Part shown: positions 41,965 to 52,859 of the stretch, piece by piece
How the letters are laid out: the number at the start of each line of letters is the position of its first letter
Position numbering within the stretch: position 1 is the stretch's first letter
Origin: an uncultured delta proteobacterium
GTDB lineage: Bacteria > Myxococcota > UBA727 > VGSZ01
Assembly: GCA_963775425.1 (NCBI GenBank)
Contig: CAVZJB010000004.1
Coordinates: forward strand, 96,001 to 160,000
Length of the DNA: 64,000 nt
Reading direction: 5' to 3'
Program-made: the position numbers and the translations under genes
The notes under the pieces: model-generated
What the model was told of the DNA's origin: nothing
What the model saw: only the letters and a program-made list of their open reading frames with translations
Database searches by the model: none

Positions 41965-43779
41965 TCAATGCGCCGCGCCCTTGGGCTTGGCGTTCCAGAT
42001 GCGGGTCAACAGGAACGTGCCCACCACGCCGAACGGCAGGAGGAACCACGGCCACGCCGCCCACGAGTGGGTGGTGATGTAGCCGAGCGCGAACGCCTGG
42101 ATGGCCGTCCCGAGGTAGACGGCGCCGTCGATCATGCCGACGGCGGTGGCCGCGGCCTTGCGACCGCCGAAGTCCATGGTGGCCGTGCCGGACAACAGCC
42201 CGTGAACGCCTATCACCGCGAGGCTGATGAAGAACACGATGACGCCGAGCACCCACGGCGACATCGGCAGCTCCGGGCGCGCGCCGAGGACACGCTTGTC
42301 ACCCGCGCGCTGCGTGGCCGCCGGATCCGGGACGGCGACCTCGAGGCTCTGGCCGTGGCGATCGATCTTGAGCGTCAGCGGGCCCTGGTGCGGCGCCGCC
42401 GTGCGCGCCGCCGCCTGCGTGGAGCACACGCAGGTCTTTGGGTTCCACGTCGAATCCACGCACGTCGGCTCGATGCACGCCACCGCGGGGCCCACCGCGG
42501 CCCAGCCCTCGATGGGCTTGTCGTCGATGGCGAGGATGCGGTCGCCGGCCTGAAGTCCCGTGCCGTCCTTGGCCCACGACACGACGTTGGTGGCCGGCGC
42601 CAGCGCGAAGGCCATGGCGATGACGCACACCGTGAGGAGCACGTACAGCCCGAAGGCGGCCGGCGCGCGGCGCGACTGGAAAAACAGGTCGCTCACCCAG
42701 CCGCCGACGTTGCCGCCGATGACGCCCGCGACGAACAAGAGGCCGCCCCAACCGGCGAGGAAGAACGGTGAGAGCGCCGCGAGCGTCACCGCCGAGATGA
42801 GCGCGCGCCGGATGTTGCCGCCGGCGACGCGCGCGATGACCGCGTTCAGCACGACGCCGAGCGCCACCGCCAGCGCCAGCGTCGAGAAGTGCCAGTCGCC
42901 GTTGATGAGCGGGTGCGAGTGCGGGAGGACCCAGACCTCCTTGGCGTAGATGGGGAACCACTGCATCACGCCCTGGCGCAGGATGCCCGTGCACAGCTCG
43001 ATGCCACCGACGGTGAGCAGGATGGGGTTGGTGAACAGGCGCTTGAACACCTGGAGCGTCGGCAGCGGTACGTCGTCGTCGCCGCTGCTGGCGTCGGCCG
43101 TGTCGAAGTCCTCGTGGCCGGCCTCGCTCGGCTTGTTCCGGAGGAGGAAGACCTCGATGACCAACATGATGGCCAGGAGCGCCGCCGGCGTGAAGAAGAC
43201 CACCCAGGTGGACTTGACGCCCGGGAACATCTGCTTGCCGACGTCGAGCAGCCAGAAGTTCACCGAGAACGCGAGGAAGATCCCCGACGAGATCATGGTG
43301 CCGAAGATGCCGGAGAAGCCGCCGCGCTCGCGCACGTGGAACCAGTTCGAGTTGACCTTGACGATGGAAGCGGCGCCGAAGGTCTGAAAGAACATGTTCG
43401 TGGCATACAGCACGCTGAACACCGTGCGCAGCGGCGCCGTGGCGGCGTCGGGGAGCCCGAGCACGTGGTGCAGGTAGAGGCCCATGGCGAGGTTGGCGCT
43501 GCAGGCGCCCGTGAGGCCGATGAGCATCCCGCGGCGGCCGCCGAAGCAATCCACGAACGGCCCCGTGACGAAGTACGACGTGGCGTACACGACGGTGCCG
43601 ATGCCGAAGATGACGCCGAAGTCCTCTTTGGTCATCAGGTCGCCGAGCGACGTCTTGGCGACCGTGAGGTTGTACCGCCCCATGTAGAGCATGGCGTAGG
43701 AGAGGCCGAGCGGGAACCAGTTGAGGAAGCGCCGAGTCCTGAACGCCTGGCTGTGGGTGACGATGGCTTCAGGAGGCAT
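41965..43779 (-). CDS. MFS transporter (GlpT/UhpC organophosphate type) with inserted PDZ-like domain
   Basis: YMGRYNL, WFHVRERG, SDLFFQSRR, DFGGRKAAATAVGMIDGAVYLG; insert GLQAGDRILAIDDKPI. Confidence 0.85.
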   Translation of the reverse strand: MPPEAIVTHSQAFRTRRFLNWFPLGLSYAMLYMGRYNLTVAKTSLGDLMTKEDFGVIFGIGTVVYATSYFVTGPFVDCFGGRRGMLIGLTGACSANLAMGLYLHHVLGLPDAATAPLRTVFSVLYATNMFFQTFGAASIVKVNSNWFHVRERGGFSGIFGTMISSGIFLAFSVNFWLLDVGKQMFPGVKSTWVVFFTPAALLAIMLVIEVFLLRNKPSEAGHEDFDTADASSGDDDVPLPTLQVFKRLFTNPILLTVGGIELCTGILRQGVMQWFPIYAKEVWVLPHSHPLINGDWHFSTLALAVALGVVLNAVIARVAGGNIRRALISAVTLAALSPFFLAGWGGLLFVAGVIGGNVGGWVSDLFFQSRRAPAAFGLYVLLTVCVIAMAFALAPATNVVSWAKDGTGLQAGDRILAIDDKPIEGWAAVGPAVACIEPTCVDSTWNPKTCVCSTQAAARTAAPHQGPLTLKIDRHGQSLEVAVPDPAATQRAGDKRVLGARPELPMSPWVLGVIVFFISLAVIGVHGLLSGTATMDFGGRKAAATAVGMIDGAVYLGTAIQAFALGYITTHSWAAWPWFLLPFGVVGTFLLTRIWNAKPKGAAH

Positions 43780-44551
43780 TCGGTGTCTTCTCGTTGCTGC
43801 GACCGGAGGGATCGGCCGCCAGGTTGTCGGTGAGGTCGGGGATGCGGCGCACCACCGGCAACAGCGAAGGAGGGTCGGGCGCGTGCGCGGTCTCGACGAA
43901 GAAGTGGTGCGCCTGCGGCCAGCGGGCCGCGAACAGGTTGCAGTTGGCGGGCTCGTTGTCGAACGTGCCCGCGACGTCGCCGAGCTCGTCCATGAAGTGC
44001 AGGGCCTCGCGCTTGAAGTCGAGGTCCGTGTCCTCCCAGGCGTGCTTGAGCACCACGGCGGTGCGCGGGATGCCGACGGGGAAGCCGTGCGTGCGCAGCG
44101 AGGACACGCAGCCCACGAGCATGTTCGGGGCGTCGCGCCCGCTCAGGTACACGAGGCTGGCGCCGGCGCGAAACAGCTCGTCGGCGAAGCGGACGGCGCC
44201 GGGCAGAGGCTCGTCGAAGCGCTGGTAGTCGTCGGTGAAGAAGCGCTCCCGCCAGAACTTCTGCGCGCGCTCGACGATCACGGCGTCGTCGACGCCGCAG
44301 CGGGCGAGGGTGTCGGTGAGGAGGTACGGCAGGTTCTTGCGCGGCAGGCCGTCGAGCGAGCGGCGCAGCGCGGGGCCCTGGCCGCCGGCGAGCGTGGACT
44401 CCGCGAAGTCGACGAGGATCTGCCAGGTGCGCGGGCCGTTGTCGAAGAGCGTGCCGTCGAGATCGAACACCACCACCGCCCGCCGCGCCCCCTCACCGGC
44501 CGAGGCGGTGGGCGTGCGGCAGCGCTCGATCACGTCGCGGAGCGTCGCCAT
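43769..44551 (-). CDS. HAD-superfamily hydrolase/phosphatase
   Basis: VVVFDLDGTLFD, YLSGRD, FDNEPAN. Confidence 0.8.
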   Translation of the reverse strand: MATLRDVIERCRTPTASAGEGARRAVVVFDLDGTLFDNGPRTWQILVDFAESTLAGGQGPALRRSLDGLPRKNLPYLLTDTLARCGVDDAVIVERAQKFWRERFFTDDYQRFDEPLPGAVRFADELFRAGASLVYLSGRDAPNMLVGCVSSLRTHGFPVGIPRTAVVLKHAWEDTDLDFKREALHFMDELGDVAGTFDNEPANCNLFAARWPQAHHFFVETAHAPDPPSLLPVVRRIPDLTDNLAADPSGRSNEKTPNAS

Positions 44552-44632
44552 GAACGCGTGTTCGCACGTGTGGCGTCGACGTCAATGCGGGGCGGATCAG
44601 CCACCCGAGGGGCAACCGCGCCGGACCGGGTG

Positions 44633-46288
44633 TCAGGAGCCCTCGCCGAGGAACACGCCGACGAGGCTGGCGTCCTGGCGGAACCAGCCGGGGCTGCCGG
44701 CGACGCCCGTGAACAGATCGGTGCGGCCTCCGACGTACATCCCGAACACCGGCAGGATGTAGCGAAGCTCGGCGGACACGAGGAGATCGGGCTGCAGCAC
44801 CCCCGCCTCTCCCCGCACGCGCCAGTGCATGCGCTCGTCGAGCAGCGACCCGCCGACGACGGCGCCCGCGGCCACGCGGTGCACCTGGCGCGCGTTTGCG
44901 TCCTCGATGTTGCTCAGGGGCTCCACGCCCCAGAGGATGGAGCCCGCGGGGACGCGATCCCACACGACGTCGAACAGCTCGAGCGAGCCGTCGACGAAGC
45001 GGCCGAGCTGCCCCTCCACCGCGAGCGCCGCCGCCGCCTGCGTCACCTTGATGGTGCGCAGGCCGAGATCGTCGGCGAGGATGGCGCTCTTCCCGCCGAG
45101 GCCGCCGGCGTTCGGGTACGCCACCGCCTCCGCGCGCACGACGACGACGCCGAGGCCCCACGACGCGTCGAGCGAGAACGACGTCGTGCGATCGTGGGCG
45201 AGGGTGCCGCTGCCGCCGACGCACCCGAGGCTGATGTCGTCCCCGCACGGCAGCGGCAGGTCACCGACCGCGCCGGGTCTGATCGCGAGCAGCTCGGACG
45301 CCAGCGCGCGCGCGACGTCGGGGCGCAGGTGCAGCCGCGGCGTCTCGTCGTAACCCCACACGACGCTGCCGCTGATGTCGACGTCGCCGACCCGGCGCCA
45401 GGCGCGCGCCGCCAGGGTGGACGTCTGCACGAACACGGGGGCGTCGAGCAGCGAGCTCGTGTCGTCGTCGGCGAGCAGGCCGCCCGCGCGCGCGGGGCTC
45501 CGCACGAGCGCGGTCTGGTACCGCGCGATGCGCACGCCGCCCTGGTTGGCGGCGGCGAGGCTGCCCTCGGTGTCTTCGTATTGCGTGAGGACCACGCCCT
45601 CGACGCCGAGGGAGCCCACCGAGGTGCGCAGCAGGCCGCCCCACATCGGCTGCTTCTGGCGCGCGGGATCGGGGAACGGCTCGCCGCGCCTGTAGTCGGG
45701 TGGGTTGACGCGATCGCCGAGCGCCGCGCCGAGCGTCCGCCCCCAGGGGACGACGACGCGCCCGAGGTTCACCGCGGCTTTGCCGACGTTGATCTTCGCG
45801 TACGCCTCGTAGAGGTCGACGATGGGGACCAGGCGCCCGCGGGGGGTGCCGTCGATGGCGACGCGGCCGAAGCCGTTCGAGTAGAGCTTGAGGTTCGGCG
45901 CGGGCAGCAACCAGCTCTCGAGCCACACGCTGCCGAGCATGCGAAACGGGCCGTCCGCCGGGTCCACGAGCTGGACGCCGCCGAAGAGCGCGGAGTCGGC
46001 GCCGACGTGCCACGTCTCCCAGAGGCGGCCCAGCGCGCCGGTGACCGGCGGGGTCTCCGGGCGCGGCCCCTCGTCGGGGTCCTCGATGACGATGATGTCG
46101 CCCTCGCCGGACTTCGCGTCGCCGCCTTTGTCGCCGGCGACCTCGGCTTTCCTGGCTGACGGGGGAGGCGAGTCATCACCGTCGTCGATGATGATGATCT
46201 CGTCCGGCTCAACCGGCCGCTGGGCGTCCCGTGCGGCAGAGGCCACGTCGGAGCAAAAGAGCAACAGGACGGCGAGCGGGGCCGCCAT
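44633..46288 (-). CDS. Hypothetical exported, probably outer-membrane beta-barrel protein
   Basis: Signal peptide, DLYEAY...VNLGRVVVPWG...DRVNPPD pattern, amphipathic beta strands. Confidence 0.55.
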   Translation of the reverse strand: MAAPLAVLLLFCSDVASAARDAQRPVEPDEIIIIDDGDDSPPPSARKAEVAGDKGGDAKSGEGDIIVIEDPDEGPRPETPPVTGALGRLWETWHVGADSALFGGVQLVDPADGPFRMLGSVWLESWLLPAPNLKLYSNGFGRVAIDGTPRGRLVPIVDLYEAYAKINVGKAAVNLGRVVVPWGRTLGAALGDRVNPPDYRRGEPFPDPARQKQPMWGGLLRTSVGSLGVEGVVLTQYEDTEGSLAAANQGGVRIARYQTALVRSPARAGGLLADDDTSSLLDAPVFVQTSTLAARAWRRVGDVDISGSVVWGYDETPRLHLRPDVARALASELLAIRPGAVGDLPLPCGDDISLGCVGGSGTLAHDRTTSFSLDASWGLGVVVVRAEAVAYPNAGGLGGKSAILADDLGLRTIKVTQAAAALAVEGQLGRFVDGSLELFDVVWDRVPAGSILWGVEPLSNIEDANARQVHRVAAGAVVGGSLLDERMHWRVRGEAGVLQPDLLVSAELRYILPVFGMYVGGRTDLFTGVAGSPGWFRQDASLVGVFLGEGS

Positions 46289-46300
46289 CGCAGCGCCGCG

Positions 46301-46513
46301 TCAGACGGCTCCCTGGCTCATCGCCAGGCGCTTCTCCCGCTTGCGCGCGCGGGCCTCGGCGGCACGGGCCTTCAGCTTCGCCTTGACGGACGGCTTCAGG
46401 TAGTGCTCGCGCTTGCGGACCTCTTTGAGGATGCCCGCCTGTTCGACCTTGCGCTTGAAGCGCTTGATCGCCCGATCCACCGTCTCACCGTCGCGAACCG
46501 TCACCTTGGTCAA
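46301..46513 (-). CDS. rpsU: 30S ribosomal protein S21
   Basis: [19 protein letters not shown]...[13 protein letters not shown]. Confidence 0.95.
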   Translation of the reverse strand: MTKVTVRDGETVDRAIKRFKRKVEQAGILKEVRKREHYLKPSVKAKLKARAAEARARKREKRLAMSQGAV

Positions 46514-46660
46514 GACCGACTCCTGGGAAATTCACCCTCGGGGTACCGAGCCCTCGCGGGCATGTCAACGCGTGGGGGGCGTCCCCGGCGCGGCGTATCG
46601 CGGCGGGGCGCGCCCCGGGCGCATTTGAGCCGGCCTCCGCCCGCGTGTTACTCCGGGGCC

Positions 46661-47749
46661 ATGCGAAGCGCAGCCGTCGTCATCGTCGTCGCGTGCGCCG
46701 GGGCGCTGACGATCTCGCCGGCCGCTCGCGCCAGCGACATCGACGACGCCGACAAGGGCGGCGGCGACGACGCCGACAAGGGCGGCGGCGCCGGCGGCGT
46801 CGACCGCCTGGTGGACGCCTTGCGCACGTCCGACAGCTTCAAGGTGCGGGCCACCGCCGCGGTCGCCCTCGGGCACATCGGCGATCCCCGGGCGGCCCCC
46901 GCCCTCGAAAACGCCCTCCGCTCCGACGATCACTACGCCGTCCGGCTCGCCGCCGCGGCCGCCCTCGGCCGGCTGCCCACCACCGAGGGCATCCCCGCCC
47001 TGCTCGTCGCGCTGCACGACCAGGACCAGTTCGTGCGCGAGGAGGCCAACGGCGCCCTCGATCGCTTCCACACCACCGCCTCCGTCTTCGCGTTCCGCGA
47101 CGCCCTCGAGTCCGAAGACGCCGCCTCGCGGCTGGCGGCGGTGCGGGCGTACGGCGACGTGCTCCGCGAAAACCAGGAGCTCGCGCCCATCGTCGTCAAC
47201 GCCCTCGCCGACGACAACGACGAGGTCTCCCACGCGGCCGACACCGCCCTCGCCGGCATCCCCCACGAGCGCGCCGTACCGGTGCTGGTGGCGGCTTTGT
47301 CGTCGGGCGGATCGGCGGTGCGGGCGGCGTGCGCGAGGCTCCTCGCCAAGCGGGCCGACCAATCCGCGGTGGAGCCGCTCATCGTCATGCTGATGGACAT
47401 CGACGACGTCGACGACGTCCACGCCGCGGCCAAGGACGCGCTCAAGGCGCACCGCGACTACCTCGATCTCCCCGCGCGACGGGCCGCGGCGGCCGACACC
47501 TCTCCCGAGGCCAAAGACAAGCGTATCGAGGCGCTGCGGGTGCTCGCCGCCGTCGGTGACGCGAGCGCGGCCGGCCTCGTCGAGACCGCGCTGAAGGACA
47601 AGGACCCCACCGTGCGCGTCGCCGCGGCGCGCGCCGCCGTGGACCTCGGCGGCGACGGCGCCCGCCGCATGCTCCTGGCGGCCAAGGCCAAAGAGACCGA
47701 CGCGCGAATGCAAAAACAGCTCGAGCTGTTGCTCAACACCCTGCGCTGA
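46661..47749 (+). CDS. Exported HEAT-repeat protein
   Basis: Signal peptide; repeated VRATAAVALG, VRLAAAAALG, VRAACARLL; 24-bp duplication at 46742-46789. Confidence 0.8.
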   Translation: MRSAAVVIVVACAGALTISPAARASDIDDADKGGGDDADKGGGAGGVDRLVDALRTSDSFKVRATAAVALGHIGDPRAAPALENALRSDDHYAVRLAAAAALGRLPTTEGIPALLVALHDQDQFVREEANGALDRFHTTASVFAFRDALESEDAASRLAAVRAYGDVLRENQELAPIVVNALADDNDEVSHAADTALAGIPHERAVPVLVAALSSGGSAVRAACARLLAKRADQSAVEPLIVMLMDIDDVDDVHAAAKDALKAHRDYLDLPARRAAAADTSPEAKDKRIEALRVLAAVGDASAAGLVETALKDKDPTVRVAAARAAVDLGGDGARRMLLAAKAKETDARMQKQLELLLNTLR

Positions 47750-47751
47750 CG

Positions 47752-48603
47752 GTGAACCACCCCGGGATCGTCGTCGACGAGAGCCGTCAGTCGCCGGACC
47801 ATCCGCGCCGCTTGCCGCTGGTCTACGGACGCACGCTGTCGTTCACGGAGACCGGCATGAGCCTCCTGCCGGGGCCCTCGCGCGCCAGCCTCGACGTCGA
47901 CGTGGACGGCGCGCGCCTGTTCACGGCCAAGGGCCCCGAGCACATCGGCTTCGGCGACCAGTTCCGCGTGCGCCGGCACCCGTACCACCTCGACCCCGCC
48001 GACGAGCTGCTCGTCGACGTGCGCGCCATCGGCACCTGCATCGCCTTCAACTGCTTCCACGCCGGCGAGGCCGACGTCCGTTGGCGGGGCTTCGCGGTCG
48101 CCGATCCCGAGCGGCTGCCCCTCGACGTGCGGACCGGGCGCGACGAGGTGCGCTACGCCCCGTCGACGACGGGCATGCCCCTCGAGCACCTGATCGCGGC
48201 GACGGAGGCGCAGGGCGCGCGCATGGACGCCGGTGTCGCCCTCGCGCTGGCGATGCCGCTGTTGACGGCGGCCATCGACCGCGCCCGCGTCACCGCGCTC
48301 GACGTCGTCGCCACCTGGGAAGGCGGCGCGGTGCTCTCGGTGCGCAGCTACCGGCGTCGGCCGCGGGACGAGCCGATCGCGCACGCGGTCGCGCGCGCGG
48401 TGACGACGTTCTGGCGCCTGTCCGGCCGCGAGCCCGCCGACGCGATCGTCGACGCGCACGTCGAGGAGATGCGCGCCATGAAGCAGGCGCCGCCGGCGGA
48501 GGTCGCGAGCGTGGTGAAGGCGCTGTTCCCCGACGCGTGGGCCGTCGAGCGAGCGGTGCGGGAGCAGGCGGGGATGCTCGACGTCGACGCGTTCCTTGCG
48601 TAA
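47752..48603 (+). CDS. Hypothetical protein with possible degenerate kinase C-lobe fragment
   Basis: GMPLEHLI...GVALALA...VVATWEGGAVL...VASVVKALFP. Confidence 0.45.
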   Translation: MNHPGIVVDESRQSPDHPRRLPLVYGRTLSFTETGMSLLPGPSRASLDVDVDGARLFTAKGPEHIGFGDQFRVRRHPYHLDPADELLVDVRAIGTCIAFNCFHAGEADVRWRGFAVADPERLPLDVRTGRDEVRYAPSTTGMPLEHLIAATEAQGARMDAGVALALAMPLLTAAIDRARVTALDVVATWEGGAVLSVRSYRRRPRDEPIAHAVARAVTTFWRLSGREPADAIVDAHVEEMRAMKQAPPAEVASVVKALFPDAWAVERAVREQAGMLDVDAFLA

Positions 48604-48644
48604 CACACGGTCGCCGCTATGCTCGCCGCATCAGGGAGGTGGGC

Positions 48645-49847
48645 GTGAAGCGGGTGCTCGTCACCGTCGCCGGCAGCGACGCCCCGGGCATCACCGCGTC
48701 CCTCACGGGCATCATCGCGCAGGACGGCGCCGAGCTCCTCGACATCGAGCAGGTCGTGGTCCAGCACCACCTCACCCTGTGCGTCGTCGTGGGCGTCGAC
48801 GCCGAGCAGGGCCACGGCGCCGTCGTCAAGGACCTGCTGTTTCGCGCCAAGGAGCTCGGCCTCGACCTGGACTTCGAGATCCTCGATGACGCGTCGGACA
48901 CGCCCGCCATCCCGCGCGCCTCCTACGCCGTGACCGTCATCGGCGACGGCGTCGACGCCGCCTGCGTCCACGAGCTCACCGCGTGCCTCGCCCGCCTCCA
49001 CGCCAACATCGACGCCATCGAGCGCCTCTCGGACCGCGCGCTGTCGTCGTTGGAGATCGTCATCTCGCTGGAGCGCAACGAGGACAAGGCAGCGATCCTG
49101 CGGCGCGAGCTGATGACCATCGCCGCCGCGCGCAACGTCGACCTCGCCATGCAGCGCGAGACGCTCACGCGCAGGGCCAAGCGCCTCGTGGTCATGGACA
49201 TGGACTCCACGTTGATCCGCGTGGAGATCATCGACGAGCTCGCGCGCGAGTACGGCGTCCACGATCAGGTCGCCGAGATCACCCGGAACGCCATGCGCGG
49301 CAACATGCCGTACGAGGAGAGCCTCAAGCAGCGCGTGGCGCTGTTGAAGGGCATGCCGTGGGCGTCGGTGCTCAAGGTGGCCGGCGATCCGCCCATCACC
49401 GACGGCGCCGAGCAGCTCCTCAAGGTCCTGCGCGGCCTCGGCTACAAGACCGGCGTCATCTCCGGCGGCTTCTCCGTCGCCGCGGAGTCCCTGCGCGCGC
49501 GCCTCGGCCTCGACTACGCGTATTCGAACACGCTCGAGGCCAAGGACGGCAAGCTCACCGGCCGCGTGCTCGAACCCATCGTGGGGCCGCAACGCAAGGC
49601 CGACCTCCTCGACGCCATCGCCCAACGGGAGGGAATTCCCCTCGAGCAGACCATCGCCATCGGCGACGGCGCCAACGACCTGCTGATGCTCGAGAAGGCC
49701 GGCCTCGGCATCGCCTTCCACGCCAAGCAGAAGCTCCGCGACGCCGCGGACACGTCGCTGTCGCAGGGTGGCCTCGACCACATCCTCTACCTGCTCGGCC
49801 TGCGCGCCCGCGACATCCGCGAGTTCCTCGAAAACGGCGGCGGCTGA
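48645..49847 (+). CDS. serB: Phosphoserine phosphatase with ACT domains
   Basis: VTVAGSDAPGI, VMDMDSTLI, ISGGF, AIGDGANDL, GLGIAFHAK. Confidence 0.95.
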   Translation: MKRVLVTVAGSDAPGITASLTGIIAQDGAELLDIEQVVVQHHLTLCVVVGVDAEQGHGAVVKDLLFRAKELGLDLDFEILDDASDTPAIPRASYAVTVIGDGVDAACVHELTACLARLHANIDAIERLSDRALSSLEIVISLERNEDKAAILRRELMTIAAARNVDLAMQRETLTRRAKRLVVMDMDSTLIRVEIIDELAREYGVHDQVAEITRNAMRGNMPYEESLKQRVALLKGMPWASVLKVAGDPPITDGAEQLLKVLRGLGYKTGVISGGFSVAAESLRARLGLDYAYSNTLEAKDGKLTGRVLEPIVGPQRKADLLDAIAQREGIPLEQTIAIGDGANDLLMLEKAGLGIAFHAKQKLRDAADTSLSQGGLDHILYLLGLRARDIREFLENGGG

Positions 49848-49851
49848 GAGC

Positions 49852-50997
<1,146 letters not shown>

Positions 50998-51050
50998 CGG
51001 AAACCTCCGCGGCCGTTGTTCGTCGACGTGGGAGCGCCGTCAACCGGGCG

Positions 51051-52370
51051 TCAGGGGAACGTCGCCGTGACGACGAGACCGGCGCCGCCGCCGCCGCCGC
51101 CCCCGCCGTGACGGTTGTTGCCGTCCTCGCCGGCGCCGCCGGGGCCGGAGCCGGAGCCGTCGCCGCCGCGGCCGCCGCCGCCGCTGCCGCCGGGGGCCGT
51201 GAGCCCACCGTCCGTGCCGGCAGCGCCCCCGCCGGAGTCCGACCCGCCGCCGCCGCCGCCGCCGCCGAGCGCGAAGACGAGCTCCGCGGTCACCTGCCGC
51301 GCCTCGAGGAAGAGCGTGCCGCCGGCGCCGCCGCCACCGCCGCCGCCGGCGTCGTTGCCGGCCGCCGCGCCCCCGCCGCCCCCGCCGCCCGCGCTGAGCA
51401 CGCCGGTCGCGCCCTCGAGGGTGATGCTGCCGGTCGCCGAGATCTGAAGCGCGCCGCCGCCGCCGCCCCCCGCCGCGAGCGTGCCGGCGCCGTTCGCACC
51501 GCCCCGCCCGCCGGCGCACCCACCCTCGAGCACGTCGGCGCCCGGGGGCACGCCGCCCGGCGTGCGGGCGATCGCCGAGCCCCGGCCGCCCTCCCCGCCT
51601 TCGGCGGCGTTGCCGCCGCCGCCGCCGCCGGCGCCCGCGATGCTGCCGTCGCTGCCGTCGGGGGCGGCGCACGACGCGGCGCCGGCGCCGGGCTGCGCGC
51701 CGCGGCCGCCGACGTCGACGATGCCGGTGATGTCGACGTCGCCGAGCGCGACAATCACGGGGACCCGCGCGCCCTGGAACACGACAGTGCCCGTGACGCT
51801 GAGGTTGCGGACGCCGATGACGAGCAGGCTCGGGCCCCCGCTCTGCGGGAGCACCTGGAACGGCAACGCCTGGCCACAGATGCCGCCGGCGAACGCGTCG
51901 GTGTCGACGACGGCGGTGCAGTCGAGCGCGACGTCGGGCACGTCGACGGCAGAGAACGGAGAGGCGCCGAGGTGCGAGGGGAGCCCGGCGGGGAACCCGC
52001 CATCTCCCTCTCCTTCGCCCTCTCCTTCGCCCTCCCCTTCTCCTTCTCCCTCGCCCTCCCCTTCTCCCTCTCCCTCGCCTTCCCCTTCGCCTTCGCCTTC
52101 GCCTTCGCCCTCTCCCTCTTCGCCTTCTCCCTCTCCTTCGCCTTCTCCTTCGCCCTCTTCGCCTTCGCCCTCGCCCTCGCCTTCGCCTTCGCCCTCGCCC
52201 GTGGCGACGACGGCGCAGGTGCCGGCGATGCACGCGCTGCGGGCGGCGCAGTCGGCGTCGTTGGCGCATACGAAGCCGGGCTCGTCGCAGCCCGAGAGGG
52301 CACCGAGGAGCGCGCCGACAAGCGCGCCGGGGAGCGCGAGGAGGAGCGCGGCTGCGATGCGCGGGGGCAT
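51051..52370 (-). CDS. Lipoprotein with Cys motif, (GE)n linker and Gly-rich domain
   Basis: Lipobox LSGC; CANDADC...CIAGTC; ~65-residue GE run; GGGGGGA/G repeats. Confidence 0.75.
   Translation of the reverse strand: MPPRIAAALLLALPGALVGALLGALSGCDEPGFVCANDADCAARSACIAGTCAVVATGEGEGEGEGEGEGEEGEGEGEGEGEGEEGEGEGEGEGEGEGEGEGEGEGEGEGEGEGEGEGEGEGDGGFPAGLPSHLGASPFSAVDVPDVALDCTAVVDTDAFAGGICGQALPFQVLPQSGGPSLLVIGVRNLSVTGTVVFQGARVPVIVALGDVDITGIVDVGGRGAQPGAGAASCAAPDGSDGSIAGAGGGGGGNAAEGGEGGRGSAIARTPGGVPPGADVLEGGCAGGRGGANGAGTLAAGGGGGGALQISATGSITLEGATGVLSAGGGGGGGAAAGNDAGGGGGGGAGGTLFLEARQVTAELVFALGGGGGGGGSDSGGGAAGTDGGLTAPGGSGGGGRGGDGSGSGPGGAGEDGNNRHGGGGGGGGAGLVVTATFP
52004..52201 (-). repeat. 6-bp codon-pair repeat encoding (Gly-Glu)n
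   Basis: + strand pyrimidine tract of tcgcct/tctccc/tcgccc units. Confidence 0.9.
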
Positions 52371-52400
52371 GAGGCCATGATAGTGCCGTAGAGTGCGCGT

Positions 52401-52859
52401 GTGTCTTCCTGGCGCGCCACCGGGCCCAGCGACCACGACGTCGTCGTGCGCCTGATGCGCGCGCTCTACACGGAGGACCCCTCACCGTTCGGGATGGCGG
52501 AGGACAAGGCGCGGCGCACGCTCGCGCGCCTGGAAGCGGAGCCCGCGCGCGGGTGCGCGGTGCTGTTCGAGCACGCGGGCGCGCCCGCCGGCTACGCGCT
52601 CCTCGCCAGCGTCTGGAGCAACGAGCTCGGTGGCGTCATCTGCGTCGTCGACGAGCTGTTCGTCGAGCCGGCGCTCCGGGGCCGCGGCCTCGCGTCGGGC
52701 TTCCTGCGCGCGCTGCTCGAGCGGCGCGCGCCGTGGTTCGGCGACGCCGTGGCGGTCGAGCTCGAGGTGACGCCGGGGAACGCGAGAGCGCGGACCCTCT
52801 ACGAGCGGCTCGGCTTCGCGACCAAGAAGAACGCCACGCTGCGCGCTCAGCCGAGATAG
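52401..52859 (+). CDS. GNAT acetyltransferase
   Basis: VDELFVEPALRGRGLA, LEVTPGNARARTLYERLGF. Confidence 0.85.
   Translation: MSSWRATGPSDHDVVVRLMRALYTEDPSPFGMAEDKARRTLARLEAEPARGCAVLFEHAGAPAGYALLASVWSNELGGVICVVDELFVEPALRGRGLASGFLRALLERRAPWFGDAVAVELEVTPGNARARTLYERLGFATKKNATLRAQPR

Noticed and set aside
46742-46789. 24-bp direct repeat as an insertion scar
   Set aside because: In-frame duplication (DDADKGGG x2) in a low-complexity linker, with no element between the copies
51481-52380. (Ser-Pro)n extensin-like plus-strand ORF
   Set aside because: Reverse complement of the (GE)n lipoprotein, which has the lipobox and coherent domains
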